64,000 nucleotides of DNA from Octopus vulgaris (Eukaryota): NCBI GenBank assembly GCA_951406725.2, contig OX597825.1, forward strand, positions 37,386,001 through 37,450,000, read 5' to 3'. Both the position numbers and the translations under genes were made by a program. Below the pieces are notes generated by a model. That model ran no database searches. It was not told the origin of the DNA and saw nothing but the letters and a program-made list of their open reading frames with translations. Of the stretch, positions 27,800-40,499 are shown piece by piece; position 1 is the stretch's first letter; every line of letters begins with the position of its first letter.

Positions 27800-28420
27800 T
27801 TGAGAAATATGTTGATATTTCTAGCCTTTCAATCGATCATTGACTATCTTCTTTGGTATGTCTACTTAGCAGTTTCATACTTAGCTATGTTTCTCAATAT
27901 TGATTTTGAAGGTAACAGTTCCATGTTCCAGCGGGCATTAGCCAAGTGTATGAAACGAAGGAGCTTCAATCGAGGATCAAAAATCTAACCTAGATGTTCA
28001 GTTATTGGTTGCGCAGCACAAGCATATATCAGTGGTTTCCTCTCCTCTGCACAATGATTTCAAATAACTATACAGGGAAAGCTAATGCTTCTGCGGGTGG
28101 TCCATATTTTTCTAGAGAGCAATAATAATGGAAAGAAAGAAATGATTTCGACAAGCTATAGAAATCAGGCCACCGAATTACTTGATTAAGGACTTATCAC
28201 TAGACTGCATTGTTCGTTTAATTGATACGATACCTACTCACTAAACTACTTATTCCATATCTATTCTCCCTTCTCGTAACTGTGCATTCTGTTAATTGAT
28301 TGGCCAACTGGAAGTTAAAGCTATGTTGATAAGGAATAAATGCAATGTTTATCATGTAATTTTCCAGCTGAAACCACTTCTGGAAATGATCCAAATAATT
28401 TATCAGTAATAATAATGTTC
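27800..28420 (-). pseudogene. Possible very old LINE reverse transcriptase remnant
   Basis: Weak motifs: a GVPQGS-like segment near 28075-28105 and RWNMELLPSK (cf. WxMxFNxxK) near 27905-27935. Confidence 0.25.
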
Positions 28421-28746
28421 AGCAATAATCATATGTGGCTTGAGGCATGTGGTTTCAATGGTTGAATCTACCGATTGATTCATTTTAATAGAAATATATA
28501 AAAATAGACGCAGTAGTAAATACTGGAAATGTCTGGAGGCATTGGGTGGAGCATAGAGGCGGAGGCTGTGAGGTTAGGAGTAGATTCGAGGTTGGTGAAT
28601 AGTGAGATAGGTTGGTAGGTCAGGAGGTGAGATTAGATCGGGATTAAATATTTATTACGGCATTTGATTAAAATTAATTACGGTAATAACATTGATATCA
28701 TTCACCACAAATTCTTACATCCCCTGTTAGCGACACGTTCTATTTT

Positions 28747-28850
<104 letters not shown>

Positions 28851-29523
28851 TCTCTTTATCACAAGATTTGTTGGAGCTCCTGGAGCCTTATATTCATAGC
28901 AGGATTGCTAATTTCAGTTTAAGGTACCATACTATCTGTTCTTTTCAGCCATCTAATACTTTCCTGGTTATTCTGGCCGTGCCAAGGAGGCACACCTTTG
29001 TAACAGTTCTACTGGGCACTCTATTCGAATTTCCTATATATTCCCTGTGATGCCTACTGATACTGTTCCAAGGATTCAACAATAATTGGAACTGTATTCA
29101 CCTTCTTCATTTTCCATAGCCGGGCTATTTTGTACTTAAGAAGGTTGTTTTTATCTATCTTTGCCTCCCTTCTTGGCTATTCGAGGGTCAAATGGGGCAT
29201 GCAACATCGACTATATAGCATACATGCTGTATCTTGTCCATTTCCACTAGGTCCGGTCTGTTATGCTCTAGCACCTGATCTGTTTGGATTGGAAAATTCC
29301 TGAGGATTTTGCTAGTCACTCTCTGTAACTTGTGCTCATACCACGTCTTGCTGTCTCTAGCCCCCACTTTTTACACAGATTCCAATGTAGCACTTTTGCC
29401 ACAACTTATGGTGGTTTTTGGCAAGTCTAGGGCATTCATTCATTCGTAATGTGGGCAATTGTTTCATCCGCTCTATTGCAGATGCGGCACAGCGGAGGCA
29501 CTTGCTCATTCCAAAAATTGACC
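28851..29523 (-). mobile_element. 5'-truncated R4/Dong-type non-LTR retrotransposon (zinc knuckle + restriction-like endonuclease + 3' UTR)
   Basis: Across frameshifts: PLCRICNRADETIAHITNECPRLA, VAKVLHWNLCKKWGL, WYEHK, IQTDQVLEHNRPDLV, YIVDVACP, RLWKMKKVNTVPIIV, CLLGTARITRKVLDG-stop (28945); 3' end joins (TAA)n. Confidence 0.9.
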
Positions 29524-29714
29524 CGCTAGCGAAAGCAGAAATATTGTTTTCTGTCACATTTGTTTATTTGTCAGTGGACAAGTTATCTCAATATATATGT
29601 ATATTTGAATACGCATACACAGACACACACACACAAACAGATATATAACATATCAGATATATATGTATGATATGATATATGTACATATATATTTAAAAAT
29701 ATATGATACGATAT

Positions 29715-29715
29715 C

Positions 29716-29809
<94 letters not shown>

Positions 29810-29841
29810 ATATGTATGTATATAATATATATACATATACA

Positions 29842-29880
<39 letters not shown>
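29715..29880. repeat. (TA)n/(TCTA)n microsatellite
   Basis: Directly visible. Confidence 0.95.
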
Positions 29881-30317
29881 CGACAGTTGGACACTAGACT
29901 CTTTCTCGGTTGTGCATTTCTTCTTAAAATTAAGTTTTCGTTTACTTTCATCTATAATAAAGGTCTTCACCCTTCTACAATTATACACACACATATCTCA
30001 TTCCACTTTCCATTTTTCCCTCGCACTCGAGGTGGTTCACGCTTCTTTTCGTACACACTTCCCTCACAAACAATTAAGAACTAATTCACACCACTATATT
30101 CCGCACCTTCATATTTGAATGTGCATGCATACAACCAAAATACCGAACACACGGCTTCCCCCATATACCAATCGAGGACACATTCCTATATTTGCACATC
30201 CACCCATGTTTCCACCCTTCTTAAATTTCTATAAAACGCATTCCCGCTTGCTTTCTATATCCTCGCTCGTTTTTTTCCCCCGTTATATCTCTGTCTTGTT
30301 CTCATGTGCTTTTCACA

Positions 30318-30408
30318 ATCTCCTGATGAAATACTAAAAGCTGAACAGCTAAGAGTATCTTCCCATTAAAACGTTAAACTAATACAGTATTTTTTAAACC
30401 ATGTCACA
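30318..30408 (+). ncRNA. Degenerate hammerhead-like motif
   Basis: CTGATGA(30323-30329) AATACT...AGTATT then TAAA CCATG TC (cf. GAAA CCATGG TC); stem I not evident. Confidence 0.35.
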
Positions 30409-31315
30409 CCTGTGTTATATTTCTATTTCCTCTATTGTTCAGTGTATTTTCAATACACGCATGCCCACATACTCACAAACGCAGGTGTGTGGGGGTGTAT
30501 TTCTGTGTGAGAGCCTTGACTCTACAAATTTGCGAGCCTGGTTCTTATCAAGATCTTTAAGTATTTATGCTAATCTGGCTTACGATTATTCCAAAGATGC
30601 CAGTCAAATTCAGTTTTAGGTGATGTTACATATAGTATCTAAGAATACGTTAAATGATACAGGAATGATGTCTTCTGAGGGAGATTGGGATGCACTTTCT
30701 AACATATTCTCTCATTTTGTTGTTGTTTATCAATAAATCTATCGTTATCTAATAGAAGGTTGATGGAAAGCAATCCAAGGGTGTGTAGATACTTTTTAAA
30801 TGTCTAAAGATACATGATTTTAATACAGTATTGTGCAGTATTAAGAAATTAGGGTATCATTTCTAGCAGATCCAGTTACTATCTAGAGGCTGCCTTTTAG
30901 TGCTAAAATGTCTGCTTTTGTCAATTAAAATACTGCCGTTTTGTCTCACGGTTCGGATAATATTTATACAACACGTATCGATACATTTTATAATCTATAA
31001 TACTAAAAAAAAAAATGAATTTCCAGATTTTGCTTCAGGTAATATACAAATAACAGTGGGCAATAAATATCTACATGTACGTAAAACAAATATCCTTAAA
31101 TAACCCTTTCCAACTACATATGGCATAGAACCAACTTGGACATGGAGATGGTTGCTGCCAACCATTCTTGGCAATAACATGGATTTTGGGAGCAATTTAA
31201 ACCAAGATGCAACATTTGAGTAAATATTGAACCTGACAGTAAGGAAAGCAAATGAAAGTTAAGAAGTAATAGTCTCGAGAACTTTCAAAGAATTAGTGTG
31301 TAGCGGTGCCTTATC

Positions 31316-31560
31316 ACACACATACACATGCACACACATGCACACACATACACACAGACACACACACACACACATACACACACTCACAGACACTCACACA
31401 CAGACACACAGACACATACACACAGACACACACACAGACACATACACGCAGACACACACACAGACACCGACAGACACCCCACACTCTTTCTGTCTATCGA
31501 TCTGTCTATCAATCATTCTATCTCTCACTTTATCTAAATATATGTGTACATATGAACATA

Positions 31561-31636
<76 letters not shown>

Positions 31637-31700
31637 GATGCATGTGTATGTGTGTTTGTGTGTGTATGTGTGTATGTGTGTAGGTGTGTAGGTGTGTATG
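31316..31700. repeat. (CA)/(CAGA)-rich, (TC)n, (TA)n, (TG)n compound block
   Basis: Directly visible. Confidence 0.95.
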
Positions 31701-31994
31701 TGAATGTTCAAGTGTATACGCATGCATGTATGGGTGAGTATGTTTTGTTAAAATGGAATTATATGTAAGTTTTACTTACTTTAGTTATTTTTGCAGTCAT
31801 TTTTTCTACAAAACCGACCCACATTCTACCATCTCTATTAAAATACTTTCACAAATATCATGCTAATTTCGCTATTCAGTATACATTATATAGAAAACTT
31901 ACTGTTTTTTTATGCAACAATATTTCTTCATCAGTTGGTCTGACCCGATTTCTTATCTGTACTAGTTTATATTTCTGGTTAAGATGGGCCTAAC

Positions 31995-32073
31995 ATGCCC
32001 AAGGTGTCACGCAAAGGGATTGAACCTAGAACCTAGAAAGCAACCTTCTTCCCGCGCAGCTACACCTGCGCCT
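31995..32073 (-). mobile_element. SINE family A head fragment
   Basis: Reverse complement AGGCGCAGGTGTAGCTGCGCGG...GGTTCAATCCCTTTGCGTGACACCTTGGGCA. Confidence 0.7.
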
Positions 32074-32229
32074 ATGTATGTATGTTTTATCTTCACGTTT
32101 TTATAGTTCTTCTTGAGAGAGTTCAAGCCGGCCGCTAACAAAGCAGTAATACATTAAAAGTTAAGAAAGTTCCCGATGTCTAAATATGTAGCTGAATTGA
32201 TGTGTTGGTTGAACTGTCGATGGATAGAC

Positions 32230-32480
32230 TCAAGTGTGTGCATCTATTCACATAGGAATCTCAGGTGGTGAATATTTAGAATGTCTTAAAAATTATCACT
32301 GTGCCACTAATAGATTGGATTTGGAGAATCGGCATCAGTTTCTTTTGCTCTTTCTCTGTGAAACGGAGTATTTCTAGGTTTTCTGAACGTTCATTTGTAT
32401 TACTAAGTACAATATTTAGCATTATCTATCTCAGCTCATCAAATTATCGTCATCTGATGCGTGTCCTTCAGCACATCAGA
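32230..32480 (-). pseudogene. Possible decayed LINE RT remnant (catalytic DD region)
   Basis: ASDDDNL followed by MNVQKT (cf. YADD...INxxKT); multiple stops. Confidence 0.3.
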
Positions 32481-33427
32481 AGAGAATAGAACGCAAAACT
32501 TTCCTGCTGTTTCTTTTGATAGCAACTTCAGTTAATGATTTATCGCTAAGATAACCAACAGTAGTCTCTAAATTGATGATTGAGGTGACGTTTTAAAAAG
32601 TTGTAATTTTTGTTTCATCGTTCGCTGTCTTTATGCAACACAGACAATGAGGAAGCACAATGATGGAACTGATAAAAATGAACACTGAATACATCTACTC
32701 TTCTATATCGTCACAAATATTCTACAGTGTTTTTGATAAACTTTTGACGCAATCTGTCCGCATTCAAAGAATAAAATAATTGGATTTTTAATGACGTAAA
32801 ACAGTGGTTAGCGCATTGTTTGTCCGCAATAAATCTAAAGTAATTTGCATATTAAGTCCATAGAAATAATTAAACATGCATATCATTGAACACTGCCGAA
32901 TTACTTAGTTTATGCTGATTAAGACGGCATATTTAAATATTTTTGCATCACTCTGACGAAGATAAAGAGTTAATAATCCATAACCGCCTTCTCATATTGC
33001 GGAAGACGATATTTAATTAGAGATTTTGTAGGCCGTTACTTACTGTACAAATGAAGGCCGGAAGGCAGTTTCAAAGTATTGTTGTTCCAGAGATATACGA
33101 CCAGACGAAGTACTTAACGTAGGTTTCGGAGAAAAGACATAGAAAACACATGTGACAAATACATTCTATGTAATTATGTGAGTGCGGCGGCAAACAGTTT
33201 AATAATTTAGAGAAACGGCATGCAGTCTATTGTTTCCTCGTTGTGGTTGTAGTATATTGCAGAATGAATGTTTCCAGATTAATTAAAGGGATGTTTCTGG
33301 AAGTGTTCGAAAACATTTGTCTATTTAGCAGTAGCACTATCCTGGATGTATTACAAATGCTCAAATCTGGAGTGTACCTGTGCTATGTAAACGGTAAATG
33401 GAAGTGAAAGACTAAATATTAAATATT

Positions 33428-33734
33428 TATTTATCGCCCATTTCAAGCCTAGCCAGGCTCATGGGCCCGGTTTCCCGGTTTCTCTGGCATATGTGTTCCC
33501 CCCAGCTGGACGGACGCCAGGCCATCGCAGCGTTACTCAAGAAACAGGAAGAGAGAGTGAGAGAAGGTTGTGGTAAAAGAATACAACAGGGGTCGCCACC
33601 ACCCCCTGCCGGAGCCTCGTGGAGCTTTTAGGTGTTTTCGCTCAATAAACACACACAACGCCCGGTCGGACAATCGAAACTACGATCCTCCGACCGCGAG
33701 TCCGCTGCTCTAACCACTGGGCTATTGCGCCTCC
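33428..33734 (-). mobile_element. SINE family C, full length, GC-rich, with 14-bp TSD
   Basis: Head GGAGGCGCAATAGCCCAGTGGTTAGAGCAGCGGACTCGCGG with A box and B-box-like GTTTCGATT; TSD AAATAT(T/C)AAATATT at 33414-33427 and 33735-33748. Confidence 0.9.
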
Positions 33735-34029
33735 AAATATCAAATATTGTGTTGGTTATCTTGTAAATACGTAACTATAAAAAATTATTCGCCTGTTGAA
33801 AGGTTTCAGTTCTGAGGAGTAATGCAGTTGTATTGTAGCTTGTTTTTCAGATATATGAAATTATAATTTAGTTCTTGTCAGGAAAATAGGCTATGTTTCG
33901 GGAATTTTTCTAGAACATCGTTCCTGGAGTTATTGTATGCGTTACGTGGGTTTTCTATGTAGTGTATATTGAGAAGTGAAATTAGCATGATATTTATGAA
34001 AGCGCTTTAATAGAGGTAGCAGCATGCAT

Positions 34030-34420
34030 ATCGGTTTTGTAGATAAAAATGGCTGCAAAAATGACAAATCCATTGATACACTATTGTTAAAGATATATCG
34101 GTGGAACTAAACAACTGGAACGACATATGCAGCAATTCAGTAGTCGTGCAGTAGCATTCAACTCGACAGAATATACTTGGATGTGCCATTTGACAAAGGA
34201 ATTTCTTTGCAGATTATCGCGAATATTGATGTTGAAAGCTTTTCTTATATCGAAGACAACGTTACTTCGGTTAAAATTCTTACGGGCGAAAGAAATGTTG
34301 TGTGATGCAGCGAAGCCAATTTCCATAGCATGTATCTATACAGAAAGTGCTGTAGAGGTTTCTAATGAGAGAAATAAACTCAATATGACAAAGAAGTTGA
34401 CAGAGTCAGCAAGGTTACCT
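34030..34420 (+). pseudogene. Possible decayed LINE RT C-terminal remnant
   Basis: KWLQK*QI and IYLDVPFD (cf. W..WQ.. and YLGVxFD). Confidence 0.25.
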
Positions 34421-36171
34421 TTTCTGTCACATAGGATACACTGTCGCTGCTGTTTCGCTTTAAAGAGACATTAGACCAGACAATCAAAATGGACTGTTAT
34501 GCCATTCAAAAACATTATCATATAGCATGTTCTTTTTCTTGTTTAAAGTACTACAGAGTAAGTTGGACATATAATGAGACTTTTGGGAAGGAGTTTCGTA
34601 GAACCCAAATTCTTGCTCTGAAAATAATAATTGAGTCATTAGATAGCATTTCCCATTTCACGTCATCATTATCTACAGTAGCAACGAAAAATCGCTTCGG
34701 TATATTCTGAATAATGCTATCACGAAATAACAAAATCACCATGAGCAACATGAGTTTGATCTCCCACTGACAATTTTTACGATATAAACACATAAAAACA
34801 ATAACTACTGGAAACAGTTACCTAACTACACCACGACTGCAAGTACTTTCATCACCAACACCACTGCTGCAACACCAGCAGTAATTCCTGCACAAACAGC
34901 ATATTATTTTGCACAATCGAAACCACAATGATACGGCGTAGAATAGTTGTTTAAACTTATGTCGATTTCAATTAAACTTTTCTCTCTTTAGTAAGTCTAT
35001 CTAATGTATTAATCTACAACTTGCTGTAGAAGAGTATGACTTGACACAGCAATACCTCCTTTAATATGGAACACTCTGAAATAATGATAAATGGTGCCAG
35101 CTCACCAACACATCTATACACACAGACATTATATGGTTTACTGATGCGTCAGTTGGTTTATAGATTACGAAACAGATTTTTATTTACGAGCATTTTCATA
35201 ACCTTGGGGATTTAAGAGCAAAGTTAACACTGAGTTTTAATTTTGAAGTACATTGTATTGCTGAAAATGGGAAAGACATTGGCAAATTTCTATGCAGGCA
35301 GGGAAAATTTGACTGAATTTCAAGAGTGTTGGCGTAGCTTAAGTACACAAGTATGCAATTTAGATTATATACATATATACATAAATACGTATACATATAT
35401 ATATACACAAATATACATAAATACACACACATATATACATAAATACACAAAACACACACATACGCACGCACAAGCGTGTGTAAGTGGTGTTTGTTTATGT
35501 GTTTGCATACATGTGTGCTTGTGTGCGTGTGTGTGTGTATGTGTGTTTGTGTGTGTGCCTGCATATATATGCACATGGATATATGTATACATATATGTAT
35601 GTAGATATATCTATATGTGTGTAGATATATCTATATGTGCGCGTGCGCATGCGTACATTTTTATATACATATACTTACACGATCATAGAATATGATTAAA
35701 TTCGATATATATATACATTCATGTATATTTTAATCACTATGCACATAGTTCTTTGTCAGTAAGTTATGTATGTCTTTTGTTTTCATTATATTATCCCTCT
35801 GTGTATGGGCTTGAGTGTGCATATGTGTATGTTTATAACCAAATAAATCTCAAGGGTATATGAATGAAATGATATCTAATACAACCACATGCATACACTC
35901 ACACAAATACATACACACAAGCATCAGATACATAGAGGTATACATATAGCAACTGACATAAGCACAGAACACTCATGCGGACCTAATCATATACACAAGT
36001 TTATTTCAATATTTATTAGCTATAAGACTACATAAGTAACTTAAAGGCTGCTTGTTTCCTCTGTGGCACTTATGATAACATGGCTAGCTCCGTGTATTAA
36101 ACACTCGGCCCTTGTTTTATTGCATCACTTATTCAAATTTACAACGTGCGCACACATGTACACACACGTAT

Positions 36172-36356
36172 AGGGATCGATGCTAGATGGGTCGAAACAA
36201 TTGTAGTGATCAATAAATATTGTAGTCACCAATAAACATCCTCTTATCTTCTATCATCCGTCTCTCTCATTAATCAAATACCCAACGAAAACTGAAAGAA
36301 AACGTGCTTTACCGGCAAGCTACCAGGTGCCTAACATACGATTTATTATCTCCCTC
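36172..36356 (+). mobile_element. Short pLTR-like tail starting with the 3' half of a hammerhead
   Basis: GATC...GGTC stem, GAAA(36194-36197), palindrome CAATTG, GUA triplet; CTGANGA half missing; ends in TA/TATG. Confidence 0.45.
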
Positions 36357-36380
36357 TATATATGTATGTTTGTACGTATG

Positions 36381-37037
36381 TCATTATTCAGTATTATTTC
36401 AAGATTTCTGGCCAATAAAGAAAGAGCCGGTTTCTAACCTAGATCCAAGGCTCCTTCATTGGAATTTAATATGAATAGGGTATTTTTGTATGTATGTATG
36501 TATGTATACGTGCACATTTCTATGTTTTGTATTATGTTTGTCTTCTCATGCATATACTTGCATATCTAGACATACTAATATATACTGAAATGATAAATTT
36601 TTGGAAAGTTTTATAAATTTTTATAGTTCCACTAATGGTTTGGATCTGTATTCTTCGAATCAGCTTTCTCCCTTCAGGTTTTGAGAAGCCTAATTTTTCA
36701 AGATTGATATTTAGGCAGTGTGTTACATATCCCAGTACTTCAATTATTACAGATATGAACCTGAACTTGTAATAGTTCAGCGTAGGTATCCTCCTTTTCA
36801 TTGATCTTCAGCTTTATGTTAACATCCGCTGGGCAGCTCATATCCACAACTGTACACAGCTTCTATACTCCATCTCAAATCATTATATTAGGTCTGTTGT
36901 GCTTACATTTTATTGAGGTCTTCACTGGGACATTCCAACAGTACTCATTTTTATTATGAGTGGCAATGGCTTATAACCTGGTTCGTATTTCTTTACCCTC
37001 GGCGTTATTCTTCAGAAGGATTTCATTATATAATGTC
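36381..37037 (-). mobile_element. 5'-truncated RLE-type non-LTR retrotransposon (second family) inserted in (CATA)n
   Basis: EYCWNVPVKTSIKCKHNRPNIMI, CTVVDMSCPADVNIKLKINEKEDTYAELL, YKFRFISVIIEVLGYV...ISGTIKIYKTF (overlaps ORF 36532-36801); 3' UTR to 36381; TATG repeats on both sides. Confidence 0.88.
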
Positions 37038-37072
37038 ATGTATGTATGTATTTATGCAAGTATGTATGTATG

Positions 37073-37150
37073 TCATTCAATTTTATTTCGAGATTTCTTG
37101 TCAATAGAGTTACAGCCGGTTCTTAACCTAGATCCAAGGCTCCTTCATTG
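37073..37150 (-). mobile_element. Second, 78-bp 3'-terminal copy of the same RLE element in (TATG)n
   Basis: Matches 36381-36461 (AACCTAGATCCAAGGCTCCTTCATTG identical); flanked by TATG arrays. Confidence 0.85.
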
Positions 37151-37512
37151 TATGTATGTATGTATGTATGTATGTATGTATGTATGTATGTATGTATGTA
37201 TGTATGTATGTATGTATGCTTGTATGTATGTTTGTATCTATGTATATGATATATATATTCTCTCAATCTTCACTCTTTTACTAGTTTCAGTTCGAGAGTT
37301 GAAACTTGTAAAAAATTAGAGTAAAAGAGTATATATATATATGTACACCCTAGAACGGCTGGAATACCACTGTTAGTTTTACTACACATTCCTTATTTGA
37401 AACCACCATTTATATATGGCATTTGGTGAATGAGGGCTTTGAAGTTGCTCCAGTGTCTCTTTCTACTTGCTGATGGTGATTTGGCGATCTTTGGCACTAT
37501 GCAGTGACGCTC

Positions 37513-37554
<42 letters not shown>

Positions 37555-37605
37555 AACAACGTTGTATGGCACCCACTTTTTGCTTGTAGATGTATTTATT
37601 TAAAT

Positions 37606-37708
37606 TGCCGGTACTGAAGCTAAAATGTTCGATATAGGTTCGTCCAAATTATCTAGTAAAACTAGCCAAGATATGTGATACTTTTACGAACGATATCTGT
37701 AACCGGCA
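37606..37708 (+). ncRNA. Degenerate hammerhead-like motif with extended stem II
   Basis: Stem I TGCCGGT/ACCGGCA (7 bp), CTGAAGC core, TAAAA...TTTTA stem II base, CGAA, near-palindrome CGATATCTG, GUA triplet. Confidence 0.5.
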
Positions 37709-39332
37709 TGCGTATATTGCAGATTGCTCAAAGAGTTAGCGCCTATGGTAGTATATAATACGTGTGTTAGTGTATGTGCATGTGTGTGTAGTACTATGTA
37801 TAGTTATATCTAAAAAGAAACACTATATGGAAGGCTCCCTCACAACCTGTGGAACATTTTCTGGTAAATATAATATACATCTATGCATGTATTTGCGTGT
37901 GTATGTGTTGTGTGTTTATGTATGCGCGTGTCCGTGTGTATGTTTATTTTAGATTGTGTACAATTTTGTATATGCTGGAATTTTGTGAACGAATATGGTA
38001 TATAATTTAAAGTGATATAAATTCATGTCGTGTACCCGAAGTGTGTACGAATGATTATTCTCCTCATAAAACGCTATGAAATTATATTGATTATATACAA
38101 GAAAGAATGTAAATTTTCAATGAATGTCTCATTTTGTCAGTTCAGTCCTGACAAAATAAAATAGAAAACCCGATATGAAAGAACACCGAACAAAGTTTTC
38201 AGTGGAATTTAGATATGCGTTGTAATTTTTTGAGTCTAAATCCAATTGGAGAGGAGTCAATCTTTAATCACTCGTTGTTCGTTGTTGTTTAGCCTCAAAG
38301 CTCTTATGAAAATCATTTTGACATCCCAAACATTTTACAGTCTTTTATCCAACATGGCTATATTACTTATTTGATGTCACACGCAATCATTCATTTGTCC
38401 AAAGGAATTTTTACAAAAGCTATGGAGTTATGCATTTGATTGCAGGAAAGCCTTCCAATATATCTAGCTCGAGAAATTCTCCAAGATAGTTTCCAATTCA
38501 AATTCTTAACTATCAGAAAGTTAATCTCACTGCTATTTCAAGCGTTTCATCCTACCACATTGTAGCGAAGTCCTTAGTTCATTACGTTCTATTGTTGGTT
38601 AGCTTGATAATAAATCTGCCTAAAATTTGAACACTTGTAAGAATTCAGCTCAAAAATGTACTTCATGTCGCTGATATTTTATACATTTAGTTAATACCTA
38701 TCACCAACATAACTGTCATTACTTTTTTTTTTAATGCTGGATTTACTATCACTTATTTCTTATCTTTTTTTTCTATTTTCGTTACTTCATGCACTGATAA
38801 CTGCCTCTAATAATTTATTTTAGCCTGAACTTAATTTTAGACATATTAATAGATAGCTTCTTGCGTTTCCAAGACACCTATACAATGAATTTTAAAATAT
38901 AGGAAGGTGTGTTTAAATATTTAGAGAAACTTGGCTTTTATTGATATATTCTAGGATGCAAATGTATAGCAGAATTAAATATCACCTTTTACAGTAAACT
39001 AAAAATATCTCAGTAGAATTGATGCTATTCAGTAGTTTCGAGTAATAACGAAAAGCATACTATTAATAGATCGATTCTAAAATGACAAAAGCCAAAATTA
39101 TTCCAAAAGGCATATCGTGTTAAATTTATCTTTGAAAAGTTCCATAGAGAAAATGCTTTAATTTCCAATTTAAGCAAGAACTGTTGTAAGGTTTGAAGAA
39201 ACGACATTGCTGGATAATTATATATTGAATTCGTATCAGTCGAATTTCTTGTGTCTTACCTAGGTAAATCGTAAATAGCTTTCTCCGTTAGCCTCTCTCT
39301 CATACATATATAAATATACGTACAAATATATG

Positions 39333-39386
<54 letters not shown>

Positions 39387-39388
<2 letters not shown>

Positions 39389-39652
39389 AGCACTCCGTCA
39401 GTTACGTCAGTTATCCCAGCTGATACGATCAACGGAACAGCTTGCTCGTGAAATTAACGTGCAAGTGGCTGAGCACTCCGCAGAGTGTGACAAAGCCGGC
39501 CCTTTTGAAATACAGGTACAATTCATTTTTGCCAGCTGAGTGAACTGGAGCAAGTTGAAATAAAGTATCTCGCTCAAGGACACAACGCGTCGCCGGGAAT
39601 CGAACTCACGACCTAACAATAGTGAGCCGAATGTCCTAACCACTAAGCCACC
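39387..39652 (-). mobile_element. SINE family D (tRNA-derived head) inside (TA)n
   Basis: Reverse complement GGTGGCTTAGTGGTTAGG (A box)...GAGTTCGATTCCC (B box)...GTGTCCTTGAGCGAGATACTTTA. Confidence 0.9.
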
Positions 39653-40499
39653 TATATATATATAAGTATATATCCAATCAGCAATACATAGAATATCAAG
39701 ACAGTCAAGAGGTATAATATTCTATAGATATTCTATTATATTTTATGAATTTGAAGAGCTGCCCTTCTACACATGTGTTAACTTGTAAAATGTAGAATAA
39801 CTTGTAAAATGTAAAATGTACAATAATACTATGTCATTTATGACATATACATTAATGCTGTCATGTAAAATAAATTATTACACACTAAAAGGAATTATTT
39901 TCTGTGATGTTGGCTGCGAAACAACTGTAATCTTATGGATTTCAACTGGTGTGTGTGTGTGTGTGACCGTGTTCGCGTGTGTGCGAGTGTGCGTGCGTTC
40001 GTGTGTATACCAGCGTCTTAAAGTAAGATCTCACACCGAATGACGTCATCGAGCATGTCATATACTATTCTTTCGACTTCATTTTGCCGTCTTAGGTATG
40101 GACACCGGCTGCAATTAAGGGGTAGTTTGGAATTTTCATACGCCTGTATAGAAACCAGAGAACAAAACATATGATGATTCCTGCTGAAGCCGGCCAGGCT
40201 CCATTTAAATCAATATCCGTACTTGAAACAATATCAGATTATGATGTTATATAATTTGAAACTGCATATAATTTGCAACATACGTTAAAAAACAAACGTT
40301 GCTAGCTATAAACTGTTTTTCAATGAAACACCTCATTGAATGTTAATTGTGTGTATATATACATATGCACAAACTCTTTTGTCTACTATTATGCATATCT
40401 TTGTATGTTAGTATGTAGCTATGTGTATATATATTTATATATAGATAAATACTTGACACTTTATATATATATATAGATGGGGCAACGAAAATGTTTTTA

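Noticed and set aside
32950-32990. CTGACGA hammerhead candidate
   Set aside because: The second half of the core and stem III are not recoverable
33660-33734. tRNA gene (also at 39590-39652)
   Set aside because: The tRNA-like head continues into a SINE body, with a TSD at the 33.4-33.7 kb copy, and I could not fold a full cloverleaf
36421-36466. Hammerhead in the RLE element 3' UTR (minus strand ATGA...AGCCT/AGGTT...GAAA CCGG)
   Set aside because: The core reads CCAATGA rather than CTGANGA in both copies where visible; better explained as a 3' UTR stem-loop
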